Positions 9,246 through 19,105 of a stretch of 64,000 nt of DNA are shown here, in pieces (within the stretch, counting starts at the first letter, position 1; each line of letters starts with the position of its first letter). Both the position numbers and the translations under genes were made by a program. The DNA is from Minisyncoccia bacterium (lineage in GTDB: Bacteria; Patescibacteriota; Minisyncoccia; Phycocordibacterales; UBA5272), in assembly GCA_038256975.1 (NCBI GenBank), contig JBBSJU010000003.1, forward strand, positions 4,807-68,806, in the 5' to 3' direction. The notes under the pieces are model-generated. The model made no database searches. It saw only the letters and a list, made by a program, of their open reading frames with translations, and was not told the DNA's origin.

Positions 9246-10277
9246 TTATGCTAAATCGTAGAGTCCATCTTTCGTCTTCTTAAAGAAGTCAGTGTTCTGA
9301 AGATTGACCGCAATAGTATTTGCTTTCACTACTCGCTTCTTAAGAACATGGTCAATGACAGCTTCTTTGGTCATTGGTTTCTTTGACTCTTTGAGCACCT
9401 CCACAATGACATCTCGTACCACACCGCCTACATGTCCCCATTCGCGAAGCCCATATACACCTCGTCCGACAAGTACAAAACGTTCATCTTTAATGAGCTC
9501 ATTGTGTGTTGTTGCAACATGTGCTTTTTTACCAAAGTATTTTGAAATATCCTTCGCAACATCCTTGAAGTGCATTGGTGAGCCGAACTTTCGCATCACG
9601 AGGTATGCATAATCTTTGATTCCACGCGTGTGAATATGTGGCGACGATGTCTTACCCCACTCTCCAAGAGCATTTTTACCAATTGATTTTGATATCGCAA
9701 GATACCGTTTGATTATTTCCTCACCTCGATACTCTGGGGCAAGCTCACTTAACTTTGCAGTAAAAGTATCAATAATGTGATCCTCACTTACCAACTCTTC
9801 ATTATCCAAACCAGCATAAAGCTCAGTGAGTGCATTATGAACAAGGTCTGTTACTTTTTGATTGATGGTCCATCGGTGGTGGAAATTGTCATCTTCTTTG
9901 TGTTTTTTAAAATCATCTCCAAGAGTAAGATAGAAATGTACATGATTCTGTGTTTCAGCATCCTTAGAAACCTTACCTAGGAAGTCATGCTCCGCAACAA
10001 TACCACCCAGTTTATGGATAGCTTGTTTAAGCTCCTCAAACACATGTGCGAACTCTCCGTATGTCTCCGACTTTTTAATTGTAGAGAGGGCGAATTGTTC
10101 GATTTGTCGAACTCGTTCACGAGTAATGCCGTACTGCTTTCCAATCGCTTCAAGTGTCTTTCGTTCAGCGCCATCAGTAATACCGAAACGACTAGTAACA
10201 ACATCTTTAGCCCTTCCTGAGAGCGGTGAAAGAAGCTTTTTAGTAACCTGTTTTGGCTTGAATGTTAGTGTAGACAT
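9246..10277 (-). CDS. Sigma-70 region-4 HTH + C-terminal HARE-HTH/winged-helix protein
   Basis: RFG...TLEAIGKQYGITRERVRQIE at the N-terminus; PMHFKDVA..THNELIKDERFVLVGRGVYGLREW at the C-terminus. No sigma region 2. Confidence 0.8.
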   Translation of the reverse strand: MSTLTFKPKQVTKKLLSPLSGRAKDVVTSRFGITDGAERKTLEAIGKQYGITRERVRQIEQFALSTIKKSETYGEFAHVFEELKQAIHKLGGIVAEHDFLGKVSKDAETQNHVHFYLTLGDDFKKHKEDDNFHHRWTINQKVTDLVHNALTELYAGLDNEELVSEDHIIDTFTAKLSELAPEYRGEEIIKRYLAISKSIGKNALGEWGKTSSPHIHTRGIKDYAYLVMRKFGSPMHFKDVAKDISKYFGKKAHVATTHNELIKDERFVLVGRGVYGLREWGHVGGVVRDVIVEVLKESKKPMTKEAVIDHVLKKRVVKANTIAVNLQNTDFFKKTKDGLYDLA

Positions 10278-10333
10278 AAACTTTAATAGGACAATTACTT
10301 ATTATATTAAGATACTTCTATAAATTTGTCAAA

Positions 10334-13300
10334 TCATGGCTTAATAACGATGTTTATAATGCGATTTGGCACATAGACCACCTTTATTACCTCTTTTCCG
10401 TCTAGATATTTTAACACATTATTTTCATTTAGGGCAGCCCTTTTGACCACATCTTCCCCGGAATTAGTAGCTACCGTGATGGTGCCACGAAGTTTCCCGT
10501 TTATTTGGACACCGATTGTAATTTCATCATCAACGAGAAGCTTTTTGCTGGCTTTTGGCCAAAGACTTGTGTGTATTCCTTCCCTGTTGCCACATTCTTT
10601 GAACAAGTACTCCGTCACATGAGGAATGAAAGGATTTAGTATTTGAAGTATGAGGGAGAAATCTTTTACTGAAACCTTACAACCATCCATCACATTCATC
10701 GTTTCCATAGCCTTAGCAACGGCAGTATTGAAACTATAACTTTCAATATCCTTGGTTACTTTATTGATAAGCTTATGAATTGCTTTTTCAGCCATAGCAT
10801 CACTTTTTAAAACATTTTCTGTAAGAACGGTTTGAGCCTTCTTATACAATCGCTCAATAAATCGCCGACACCCAATAATACTTTCTTCTGACCATGGAAT
10901 AGATTCTCCATACGGACCCATAAAGGCAATGTAAAGGCGAGTAGTATCTGCACCGTATGTTTCCACAACCTCATCAGGATTAACCACATTTCCCCAACGT
11001 TTACTCATTTTTCTTCCGTCAGAAGCCATAATGAAACCATGTGTCACGAGCTGCTTAAAAGGTTCTTCTGTTGGCACCAATCCATAATCTCTAAGAACTT
11101 TGTGCCAAAAACGAGCATACAAAAGATGCCCTGTGGCATGTTCTGACCCACCTAAATACACGTTCACTTGATTCCAATATTTTATTTCCTTTGGATCTGC
11201 AAAAACTTTTTTGTTTTGCGCGTCCATGTAGCGTAGATGATACCAACTTGATCCTGCCCATCCGGGCATAGTATTCGTCTCATAGCCTGCTTTTTTCCAA
11301 GAGGCAATATTTGCAAGAGGACCTTCTCCGGTACCTGTTGGTTCGTATGAAGCCACATCAGGAAGGGTTAACGGCAACTTTTTAACCTCATGAATTAATC
11401 CCTCTTTATCTTTATAGAGCGGAATTGGCTCACCCCAATAGCGCTGTCGTGCAAAAATAGCGTCTCGCATCTTATATCGAGTCACCAGCTTTCCACCAAC
11501 TGATTTTGTAATTTCCTTTTTTGCTTGTGCTGAAGTAAGTCCAGAAAATGTGCCTGAACGCGCCACAACACCTTCTCCAGAAAACGGTAGATTATAGCCG
11601 AATTTCTCTAAAGCATACACATGTAATACTTCCACGATTTCTTTTTTTGCTTGTTCTTTCGATATCCATTCAACTTTGAATTTACCTTTCTCATTGTTTT
11701 CGAGTGCATCGCCCTTGTTTTCAAGATCTTTAAGTTTTATATGTACAAAACGAGTAAACGCCTGATGAGCTACATTTTTAGAAGTGGCAAAATATTTGTA
11801 ATCAAATATTTCTTCACTAAAGGAAACAACCTTTCCATTACAATAACCTGTCTCTTCTTGGAGCTCGCGCAATGCGGTTTGACTTGGCTGTTCACCATTC
11901 TCTACTGTTCCACCGATAAGGAGTCGCCCACCAAGTTCTGGGCCCCAGTTTATTGTTAATACCTTACCGTCAGGGGCTTCAACAAAAGCAACAATTTTAT
12001 TTTTTTGAGTAAAATTTGTAACACCTTTTACGTCCGCACGAACAAAAATTGGATTGATAACATTTTTAATAGGAAGATTATACTTTCGGGCAAATTCAAA
12101 ATCTCGCTCATCGTGTGCAGGCACTCCCATTATTGCGCCAGTTCCATATCCAGGAAGCACGTAATTTGCAATCCAAACAGGAATCTTTTCTTTTGTGCCA
12201 GGATGTGTAGCAAATATCTGTGTAAAAACTCCTGTTTTCTCTTTCGATGCATCAAAATCATTTTTCTCATGATCTTTAATAACATTTTCAATATACTCTT
12301 TAACATCTTTTGTCGTCTGCCATCCAACATTAAGCCACGTTCGCGCAAGCTCGGCTGAAACCGCAAGGAATGTTGCACCGAAGAGCGTGTCCGGACGAGT
12401 CGTGAACACAGTGACTTCATGTTTTCCTTCTGACTGCCCTGGAACATGCAACGTAAAAACAATTTCTGCACCCTCACTTTTTCCAATCCAGTTTTTTTCT
12501 ATTTCCTTTACGTTGTTTGGCCAAGCAATCGTATCTAAGCCAGACAAAAGTCGGTCAGCATACGCAGTGATTCGTAAAAACCATTGCCGAATATTCTTTT
12601 TTGTAACAGGATATCCGCCACGCTCTGATACTGGTCCGTCTTTACTATCGACAATTTCATCGTTAGCAAGCACAGTCCCGAGTGCTTCACACCAATTCAC
12701 CTGGGCAACGCCCTCATATGCAAGACGGTACTTCATCAATGTCTCTTGTTTCTGTAACGGAGACATCTTTTTCCACTCATTTTTATCAAAACCTAAAACT
12801 GTATCCGATACAAAAGCACTTACATTTTGATTTCCTCTTTTTTCAAAAATCTTTACAAGACCCTCAATAGGTAGTGCTTTCTTTTTAGTCGTGTCGTAGT
12901 AGGAACTATAAAGTTTCAAAAATATCCACTGTGTCCATTTGTAATATTCATGGTCAGTTGTATTTATCTTTTTGTCCCAATCAAAAGAAAAACCAAGTTT
13001 TTTGAGTTGCCCTTCGAAGGTTTTTACATTTATCGCAACAGCTTTCTTGGGGTGTACTTTATTTTGTATTGCAAACTGCTCAGCAGGAAGACCGAAGGCG
13101 TCATATCCCATTGGGTTTAAAACATTGAATCCTTCCATACGCTTCTTGCGAGCCACAATGTCTGTTGCGGTATAACTTCGTGGGTGACCTATATGAAGCC
13201 CTACTCCTGACGGGTACGGAATCATCGAAAGAATATAAAACGGTTTTTTTCTTGTCTTCCCACTTGCGAGCGCTTTAAATGGTTTTTCTTTATCCCATTT

Positions 13301-13402
13301 CTTTTGGAGTACTGGTTCTATTTTTTTAGGATCATACGTAACGGGAATACTTGATGCCTTTTTCGTTACCGCCTTTGTTACGTTTTTTTGAACACGTGCC
13401 AT
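10334..13402 (-). CDS. leuS: Leucine--tRNA ligase with inserted NUDIX domain
   Basis: PYPSG.GLHIGH, KMSKR, editing FTTRPDT and GTGAIMGVPAHD; NUDIX box GTVENGEQPSQTALRELQEETGY. Confidence 0.96.
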   Translation of the reverse strand: MARVQKNVTKAVTKKASSIPVTYDPKKIEPVLQKKWDKEKPFKALASGKTRKKPFYILSMIPYPSGVGLHIGHPRSYTATDIVARKKRMEGFNVLNPMGYDAFGLPAEQFAIQNKVHPKKAVAINVKTFEGQLKKLGFSFDWDKKINTTDHEYYKWTQWIFLKLYSSYYDTTKKKALPIEGLVKIFEKRGNQNVSAFVSDTVLGFDKNEWKKMSPLQKQETLMKYRLAYEGVAQVNWCEALGTVLANDEIVDSKDGPVSERGGYPVTKKNIRQWFLRITAYADRLLSGLDTIAWPNNVKEIEKNWIGKSEGAEIVFTLHVPGQSEGKHEVTVFTTRPDTLFGATFLAVSAELARTWLNVGWQTTKDVKEYIENVIKDHEKNDFDASKEKTGVFTQIFATHPGTKEKIPVWIANYVLPGYGTGAIMGVPAHDERDFEFARKYNLPIKNVINPIFVRADVKGVTNFTQKNKIVAFVEAPDGKVLTINWGPELGGRLLIGGTVENGEQPSQTALRELQEETGYCNGKVVSFSEEIFDYKYFATSKNVAHQAFTRFVHIKLKDLENKGDALENNEKGKFKVEWISKEQAKKEIVEVLHVYALEKFGYNLPFSGEGVVARSGTFSGLTSAQAKKEITKSVGGKLVTRYKMRDAIFARQRYWGEPIPLYKDKEGLIHEVKKLPLTLPDVASYEPTGTGEGPLANIASWKKAGYETNTMPGWAGSSWYHLRYMDAQNKKVFADPKEIKYWNQVNVYLGGSEHATGHLLYARFWHKVLRDYGLVPTEEPFKQLVTHGFIMASDGRKMSKRWGNVVNPDEVVETYGADTTRLYIAFMGPYGESIPWSEESIIGCRRFIERLYKKAQTVLTENVLKSDAMAEKAIHKLINKVTKDIESYSFNTAVAKAMETMNVMDGCKVSVKDFSLILQILNPFIPHVTEYLFKECGNREGIHTSLWPKASKKLLVDDEITIGVQINGKLRGTITVATNSGEDVVKRAALNENNVLKYLDGKEVIKVVYVPNRIINIVIKP

Positions 13403-13450
13403 ATATCTACAGAGTGTATCAAAAATAAAACGAAATGGTATATTAAGTAT

Positions 13451-14014
13451 ATGAAAGACAAAAGAGTGCCAAAAAATGTTGATTATTTTGCTGAAAATAT
13501 GACCTTGTGGCTAGGCTCTTTTTCGTCTCTTATTTTACATACGATTTTATTTTGTATTGTTTTATCACTTCCTTTATTTGGTTTCGCTTTAGAAAAAGCC
13601 CTCCTTGTGCTTACAACTGCCGTATCACTTGAAGCAATATATCTTGCTCTTTTCATACAAATGTCAGTAAATCGTAATACCGCCCAACTTGAAGCAGTAG
13701 AAGAAGACCTCGAAGACATCCAAGAGGAAGTGGACGAGATTGGCGAAGACATGGAGGAAATACAAAAAGATGTTGAGGAAATTTCAGAAGACATTGAAGA
13801 GATCAGTGAGGACGTTGAAGGTATCGAAAAAAATGTTCAAGAAATTAGCGCAGACGTCGAAGAAATCCAGGAAGATGTGGCTGAACTTGAAGAAAGTACC
13901 GACTCAGAGATGATTCGAGAACAGAAAGTTGATGGTGAACAACAAGAGAGGATTGCTAAAATTGAAATCTTGCTTTCGGAGTTGAAAAAGGAATTGGGGG
14001 CGATTAAGAAGTAA
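13451..14014 (+). CDS. DUF1003-like 2-TM protein with acidic heptad-repeat coiled coil
   Basis: LTTAVSLEAIYLALFIQMSVNR followed by repeats of I-x-E-D-V-E-E. Start at ATG 13451, 6 nt after TATATT. Confidence 0.8.
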   Translation: MKDKRVPKNVDYFAENMTLWLGSFSSLILHTILFCIVLSLPLFGFALEKALLVLTTAVSLEAIYLALFIQMSVNRNTAQLEAVEEDLEDIQEEVDEIGEDMEEIQKDVEEISEDIEEISEDVEGIEKNVQEISADVEEIQEDVAELEESTDSEMIREQKVDGEQQERIAKIEILLSELKKELGAIKK

Positions 14015-14693
14015 AATTGTTACTTTTCTTTTGGGAGATACTCTGACTAAGACCAGCTATTAGTGTAGCCACACCGACAAGGATTGTAGGAAATCCTATG
14101 ATAACGAAAAAAAAGTTACCAATAAACTCATTTCCCGAAGAAAGAAAGTAAAACAAAATAACACTCGTAGCAATTAAAAATTGCGAAATACCTATCTTCG
14201 TATTTGTATGCAATAGATTAAATGCAAGTAGGAGGTTAATAAGAGCAAGAAAAGAAGTAAAAATAACCTTTGCGAGAGTGATAGCATTAACTCCTTCTAT
14301 CACGGAAAAGATTGAATATGTTGTAAGGAAAATACTCCAAATGAAGTAAGGTGATCTAAAATTTTTAATGACTAGTTCTAAAAGAAATACAATTGGTGTT
14401 AAAAATAGTAGAATGAGTGATAAACGTACCTCTGATAAACTTTTGAAACTTGCGAAATTTCCTGCAATCTTTGTTTCAAAAAATAATGAGAAAATCAAAA
14501 CCGTAGCCATTATTTCAAAAAGATTTACGAAACGATTTGTTGGGACTATATCAAAAGCTAGTATAAGTTGAGTTATACCTAATATACCAAGCACGACGGG
14601 AAACAGTACAGGGACACCGTCCGTATATATAAACATCGCATACATTAAAATAAAAAAGCTTGATGCGAGATAAAGTGGTTTAATGTTTTGCAT
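14004..14693 (-). CDS. Orphan multi-TM (~8) membrane protein
   Basis: 229-aa, very hydrophobic, visibly AT-rich ORF immediately downstream of ychF. Confidence 0.7.
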   Translation of the reverse strand: MQNIKPLYLASSFFILMYAMFIYTDGVPVLFPVVLGILGITQLILAFDIVPTNRFVNLFEIMATVLIFSLFFETKIAGNFASFKSLSEVRLSLILLFLTPIVFLLELVIKNFRSPYFIWSIFLTTYSIFSVIEGVNAITLAKVIFTSFLALINLLLAFNLLHTNTKIGISQFLIATSVILFYFLSSGNEFIGNFFFVIIGFPTILVGVATLIAGLSQSISQKKSNNFTS

Positions 14694-14712
14694 ATATAAC
14701 GTAAGTATATCG

Positions 14713-14815
14713 TAGATTTTTAATTCACTTCACCCGACTCGTTGCAGTAAAGGCAGCAACGTTGCTGGATGATTGAGTTTAGAATTTATTTTAAATTCTA
14801 AACTCAATCACATCC
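14713..14815. repeat. Inverted duplication of the ychF 3' end plus a degenerate third copy
   Basis: TGATTGAGTTTAGAATTTA (14770-14788) / TAAATTCTAAACTCAATCA (14792-14810) form a perfect 19-bp IR whose right arm is the ychF 3' end. A third copy at 14713-14727 matches 11/15. Confidence 0.8.
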
Positions 14816-15888
14816 CCGTCTTTTACAATGTAGTCTTTTCCTTCAGTACGCACCTTGCCTTGCGTTCGTGCAGCAGCATACGAACCACAGGCAACTAAAT
14901 CTTCATAGGCCACAACTTCTGCCCGAATAAACTTCTCTTTAAAATCAGTATGAATTGCCATACCTGCAACAGGTGCCGTAGATCCTTTTTTGATAGTCCA
15001 GGCTCGCGTTTCCACTTCACCAGTAGTTAAGTATGTTTCAAGTCCTAGCAGTTTATATGCTCCAGAAATAAGTTCTGGAATTCCATCTTTGTGTGCAGAA
15101 AGTTCAGCGCGGAAAGTAACTTGCTCTTCAGGAGAAAAGTCTTTGAGCTCGTCTTCAATTTTTGCATCCACAATAGTTGCAAGTGATCCAGTGCTTGCGA
15201 TGTAGTTTACAAGTTCTTCAAATCGCGGGTCTGACTTTTCATCAAGATTATATGCCCCTGCTTTTTTGTTTAAAATATAAAGCATGGGCTTCATAGTCAA
15301 CAGCTGAAGCGACCTAAGAACACGCAATTCTTCTTCGGTATATGAAAGAGTGATTGCTCGTTTACCTTGATCGAGATGTGGTCGAATCTTCTCAAGAACA
15401 GATTGTTCAAGGAGTGCATCTTTATCCCCTCTTTTTGCATCACGTCCAATGTTTTGTAATCGTTTATCAACTGTTTGCAGGTCGGCAAGGGCAAGTTCAA
15501 GTTCAATGGTTTCCACGTCTCGAAGTGGCTGCACACTACCGTCTACATGTATCACTGCACCATCTTCAAAAATACGCACCACATGCCCTATTGCATCCGT
15601 TTCTCGAATATGAGAAAGAAACTGGTTTCCAAGACCTTCACCGCTTGCTGCCCCGCGCACAAGTCCGGCAATATCAACAAACTCAATTGCGGCAGGAATA
15701 ATTTTCTTTGAACCACTTAGTTTTGAAAGTACTTCTAAACGAATATCTGGCACACCAACAATACCTACCGAAGGGTCAATAGTGCAGAAAGGATAGTTTT
15801 CTGCAGGTACTGTTTTTTTAGTGAGCGCATTAAAGAGTGTACTTTTACCGACGTTTGGAAGACCGACAATTCCGATTGATAATCCCAT
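14791..15888 (-). CDS. ychF: Redox-regulated ATPase YchF
   Basis: [57 protein letters not shown]. Confidence 0.97.
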   Translation of the reverse strand: MGLSIGIVGLPNVGKSTLFNALTKKTVPAENYPFCTIDPSVGIVGVPDIRLEVLSKLSGSKKIIPAAIEFVDIAGLVRGAASGEGLGNQFLSHIRETDAIGHVVRIFEDGAVIHVDGSVQPLRDVETIELELALADLQTVDKRLQNIGRDAKRGDKDALLEQSVLEKIRPHLDQGKRAITLSYTEEELRVLRSLQLLTMKPMLYILNKKAGAYNLDEKSDPRFEELVNYIASTGSLATIVDAKIEDELKDFSPEEQVTFRAELSAHKDGIPELISGAYKLLGLETYLTTGEVETRAWTIKKGSTAPVAGMAIHTDFKEKFIRAEVVAYEDLVACGSYAAARTQGKVRTEGKDYIVKDGDVIEFRI

Positions 15889-15892
15889 ATAA

Positions 15893-16384
15893 TTAGAGTT
15901 TTTTACTGAAAGTACCTACACCGTAACGCACAATTGCAAACAAGGCAAGAATAATAAGTATGTATGGGTAGGTAGGAAAATCAAGTGTATTTTCTTGTGT
16001 TCCAACCACAAGCAGCACTGAAGCAAAAACACTATGCGTCACTATTCCCCCCGTAGAAAGAGCCTGTTTTTTGAATGAAATGGTTAGAAAAAAAAGACTT
16101 ATCGTGTAAAGAACAAGTAGTACGCTACGAACAATTTCTTGTGTGTCTTGTAAACGTAAAGACTCATATGCAAGAGGAGTGTACACGCCAAGTCCGACAA
16201 GAGTCGCAAATAAACTAAACACAAGGACAATATACAACTTTTGAGACCAAAATGAAGCAACGTCCCGAATAGCGGCAGGAATTTTTTTAAGAGGAATGTA
16301 AACAGCACACGTGACAAGAGAAATACTTGCAGGAATAGCCACAGTGAGCAAACTTACAAAAAACCAGAGCTCCCGTGTTTCCAT
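15893..16384 (-). CDS. Hypothetical ~5-TM membrane protein
   Basis: 163-aa hydrophobic ORF tightly packed in the operon. Confidence 0.7.
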   Translation of the reverse strand: METRELWFFVSLLTVAIPASISLVTCAVYIPLKKIPAAIRDVASFWSQKLYIVLVFSLFATLVGLGVYTPLAYESLRLQDTQEIVRSVLLVLYTISLFFLTISFKKQALSTGGIVTHSVFASVLLVVGTQENTLDFPTYPYILIILALFAIVRYGVGTFSKKL

Positions 16385-16387
16385 GGA

Positions 16388-16630
16388 TTATATTTTGATA
16401 TCAGTACCCGCAAGTACGTCCCGTAACTGACTCTGATATTTTTTCATTACATCAATAGATGCTTTCATTTGCCCTTCACCTTGTTTTGTTTTGTGCTCGA
16501 TTTCCTTTGATATCTTTTGAAAAAGCTCTGGATTCTTTTCCATGATTGTCATAATAAACTTCTTTTGTTCCTCAGGAACATTTTTGAGCTTATAATCAAG
16601 AACCTTCTTAAGAAAAAATTCCTTAATCAT
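16388..16630 (-). CDS. Small conserved hypothetical helical protein
   Basis: MIKEFFLKK..LKNVPEEQ..MEKNPELFQKIS.EI; 80 aa from ATG 16630; operon-packed. Confidence 0.75.
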   Translation of the reverse strand: MIKEFFLKKVLDYKLKNVPEEQKKFIMTIMEKNPELFQKISKEIEHKTKQGEGQMKASIDVMKKYQSQLRDVLAGTDIKI

Positions 16631-16637
16631 AGAGAAG

Positions 16638-17243
16638 TTATTTAAGTGCGGCCTCAACCGTTGTCACAAAGAGGCCATTTTCAACCTTCAAACCATTAAC
16701 GAAAAATGTTGGGGTTCCTTGGACATCATTTTTTGTCCCCTCTGCTTGATCTGATTTAATTTTTGCTGCAATTTCTGTATCTTTTAAATCTGTTTTGAAT
16801 TGTTCAAGATTGAGACCAAGCTGTGTTGCATATTGCGTGAAAATATCTTCCGCTTTTGAATTTTTTGCCCACTCTGTTTGTCCTTCAAAAAGGAGATCGT
16901 ACATCTCAAAAAACTTACCCTGTTTACCAGCAGCTTCGGCAACTTTTGCAGACGCAATTGCCCGTGGATGTATTTGTGGAATAGGAAAATGTTTGAATGT
17001 AAGTTCAATATCATTTGGATATTTTGCGAGAAGATCGTCCACAATTGGTGCCATTGCCGCACATGCAGGACACTGAAAATCAGCATACTCTGTAATTTTT
17101 ACTTTTGCTGTAGCAGGCCCTTTTGTGTATGGGGTAAAGTTACCAACCACCCCTGTTGTTGTATCTGTGGGCGCACCTTTAAACCACACAAGTGCGAAAA
17201 AACCTAATGCAATAACGAGAATTCCAATAAGAAGCGTTTTCAT
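16638..17243 (-). CDS. DsbA-family thioredoxin-fold disulfide oxidoreductase, membrane anchored
   Basis: EYADFQCPAC, FKHFP, VQGTPTFFVNG. Confidence 0.93.
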   Translation of the reverse strand: MKTLLIGILVIALGFFALVWFKGAPTDTTTGVVGNFTPYTKGPATAKVKITEYADFQCPACAAMAPIVDDLLAKYPNDIELTFKHFPIPQIHPRAIASAKVAEAAGKQGKFFEMYDLLFEGQTEWAKNSKAEDIFTQYATQLGLNLEQFKTDLKDTEIAAKIKSDQAEGTKNDVQGTPTFFVNGLKVENGLFVTTVEAALK

Positions 17244-17249
17244 ATTTCC

Positions 17250-18026
17250 TTATTGTACACGGACAGCCTCAATATACAAAAACATTGGAATTTCTTTACG
17301 AGCCTTATCTTCAGCTGATTTTCTTTTACCGGAAAGGCTTTCTTTGTGTGAGCACCACTCTTCTAATCGACGAATGACAAAACCTGTGTTTTGGAGCGTT
17401 TTACTATACACCTGAAGTGGACGATGGAACGTTATTGATTGAGGGGAGTCTTTTTTGCTTGGATTTTGAGCAATACTTATTTTTGATTCGGTCATATAGG
17501 TAAAAACAACGCGACCTTGTTCGTTTCTTTTTTCATCAAACACCCAATCACTCAATTGCGGAATACGAAAACTTGGATGCAGCGTTACTATGTGGAGAGA
17601 GCCATTTTTCGTAAGAGACTTCGCAACAGCTTCAAATACAGTATGTAGAGAATCCATATTTTGGATTGAAAGAATACTGACACAAGCATCGAGGTTTTTA
17701 CATTCTTTCGGAAGTCCCGCACGCACATCTTGAGTAAAATATTGTTCATTTAACTTTGAACCTATTTTTGCTGCATCAATAAGTGTCTTACTGCCATCAA
17801 CGCCAAAAATAACTGCCCCTTGTTCAGCAAAAATATGTCCTACCGCTCCATTTCCGCATCCAAGATCTAAAATCCGTTTATCTTTCACATTACCTAAAAG
17901 ACGGAGAAGGTTTGGGATAATAACTTTGGCATGATACGAGTCTGTGTCTTCTTGCAGATATTTCATGTACCAAAGTGAGACTGGCTCCCAATCTGTTTTT
18001 TTTGCATTAGTTTTCCTTTTTTGCAT
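17250..18026 (-). CDS. Class I SAM-dependent methyltransferase
   Basis: ILDLGCGNG motif I; HPSFRIP, FHRPL.Y. Start moved to ATG 18026. Confidence 0.9.
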   Translation of the reverse strand: MQKRKTNAKKTDWEPVSLWYMKYLQEDTDSYHAKVIIPNLLRLLGNVKDKRILDLGCGNGAVGHIFAEQGAVIFGVDGSKTLIDAAKIGSKLNEQYFTQDVRAGLPKECKNLDACVSILSIQNMDSLHTVFEAVAKSLTKNGSLHIVTLHPSFRIPQLSDWVFDEKRNEQGRVVFTYMTESKISIAQNPSKKDSPQSITFHRPLQVYSKTLQNTGFVIRRLEEWCSHKESLSGKRKSAEDKARKEIPMFLYIEAVRVQ

Positions 18027-18049
18027 ATCCTTGCAGAAGTTATTTCTTT

Positions 18050-19090
18050 TTATACTTCTTTTACACTCAATACACAAGGATCTCCGTTCTCTTTTTGGAG
18101 AGAGCCCCCTTCTGTGTACGTATTACACCAATGTATCCTTTCTTCTCCTTCTAACCAGTGTGGTTGATATCGTTCTCGTATAAATGGCTTAAGCTCAATA
18201 GAAACAAGTGTGTCGTCGCTCAATGTTACAAGAAGTGCCAGACCTTCCTGAACATCTGACGTGAACCATTGATCAAAAATAAAATTTCCCAGCGAATAAA
18301 AAATAGGTTTGCCATTATACATTTCCATGTCTTGTACTACATGAGGATGAGCGCCAATGACCATGTCAGCGCCAGCAATAATTGCAGATTGGGCGATTTC
18401 ACGTTCTTTACCCCCTGCTTTTTTCTCATACTCAATGCCCCAATGCGGATAGAGTATGACAAAATTACCTTTCTGTTTTTCTTCTCTTATTTTGTCTTGT
18501 ATCGAAGTAAATTTAGGATTCTCAAATTGATTGTACCCAATAAATGAAATGGAAAGTTTTTCTTTTTTTAGATTTAACGCAAGCCGTGATTCCAAGTTAC
18601 TGGGGTCTCCGAAATAACTAATCTGAGAATTATCTAAATTTACTCGTGTTTGTTGCAAGCCAGATAGTCCAAAGTTATTCGTGTGATTGTTTGCCAAACT
18701 TACAATATCAATGCCGACAGTACTTAAATCAAGAGCAGTATGAGTAGCAAATGTGAACTGTAAATTTTCTTTTGAAACAACAGATTCGTACGTTGTGATA
18801 GGCCCTTCGAGATTAATGAGTGTGATGTGAGCAGCATCAATATCTTTTTGTACGTATTCAAACAAAGCAGCAGTTCCGTGCTCATTTATGTATTTTCGTA
18901 CAGATCGATCAAGCATAACATCTCCAAATACAAGTATTGTGGTTCTCTCCGGTGCCTGTAAAAACGGTATGGCAACACGTTCTTCTGTAAATACGCTATT
19001 GTCAATATTTTTTTGTGATTGATATAAAAAAATAAAACAAAGAAGCATTAAGCCCGCTATACCGAAGTATAAAAATGGCCTGTACGACAT
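18050..19090 (-). CDS. CapA/PgsA-family metallophosphoesterase-fold protein
   Basis: GDVMLDR, NLEGP, LANNH, HWG.EY, GAHPHV, YSLGNFIFDQ; N-terminal TM. Confidence 0.92.
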   Translation of the reverse strand: MSYRPFLYFGIAGLMLLCFIFLYQSQKNIDNSVFTEERVAIPFLQAPERTTILVFGDVMLDRSVRKYINEHGTAALFEYVQKDIDAAHITLINLEGPITTYESVVSKENLQFTFATHTALDLSTVGIDIVSLANNHTNNFGLSGLQQTRVNLDNSQISYFGDPSNLESRLALNLKKEKLSISFIGYNQFENPKFTSIQDKIREEKQKGNFVILYPHWGIEYEKKAGGKEREIAQSAIIAGADMVIGAHPHVVQDMEMYNGKPIFYSLGNFIFDQWFTSDVQEGLALLVTLSDDTLVSIELKPFIRERYQPHWLEGEERIHWCNTYTEGGSLQKENGDPCVLSVKEV

Positions 19091-19105
19091 AATTTTTAAA
19101 ATAAA

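Noticed and set aside
13696-13890. CRISPR-like or DNA tandem repeat
   Set aside because: The 21-nt periodicity is degenerate and explained by a protein heptad repeat; there are no spacers or cas genes.
18050-19090. Poly-gamma-glutamate capsule locus
   Set aside because: Only a CapA-like gene is present; no capB/capC in the window.
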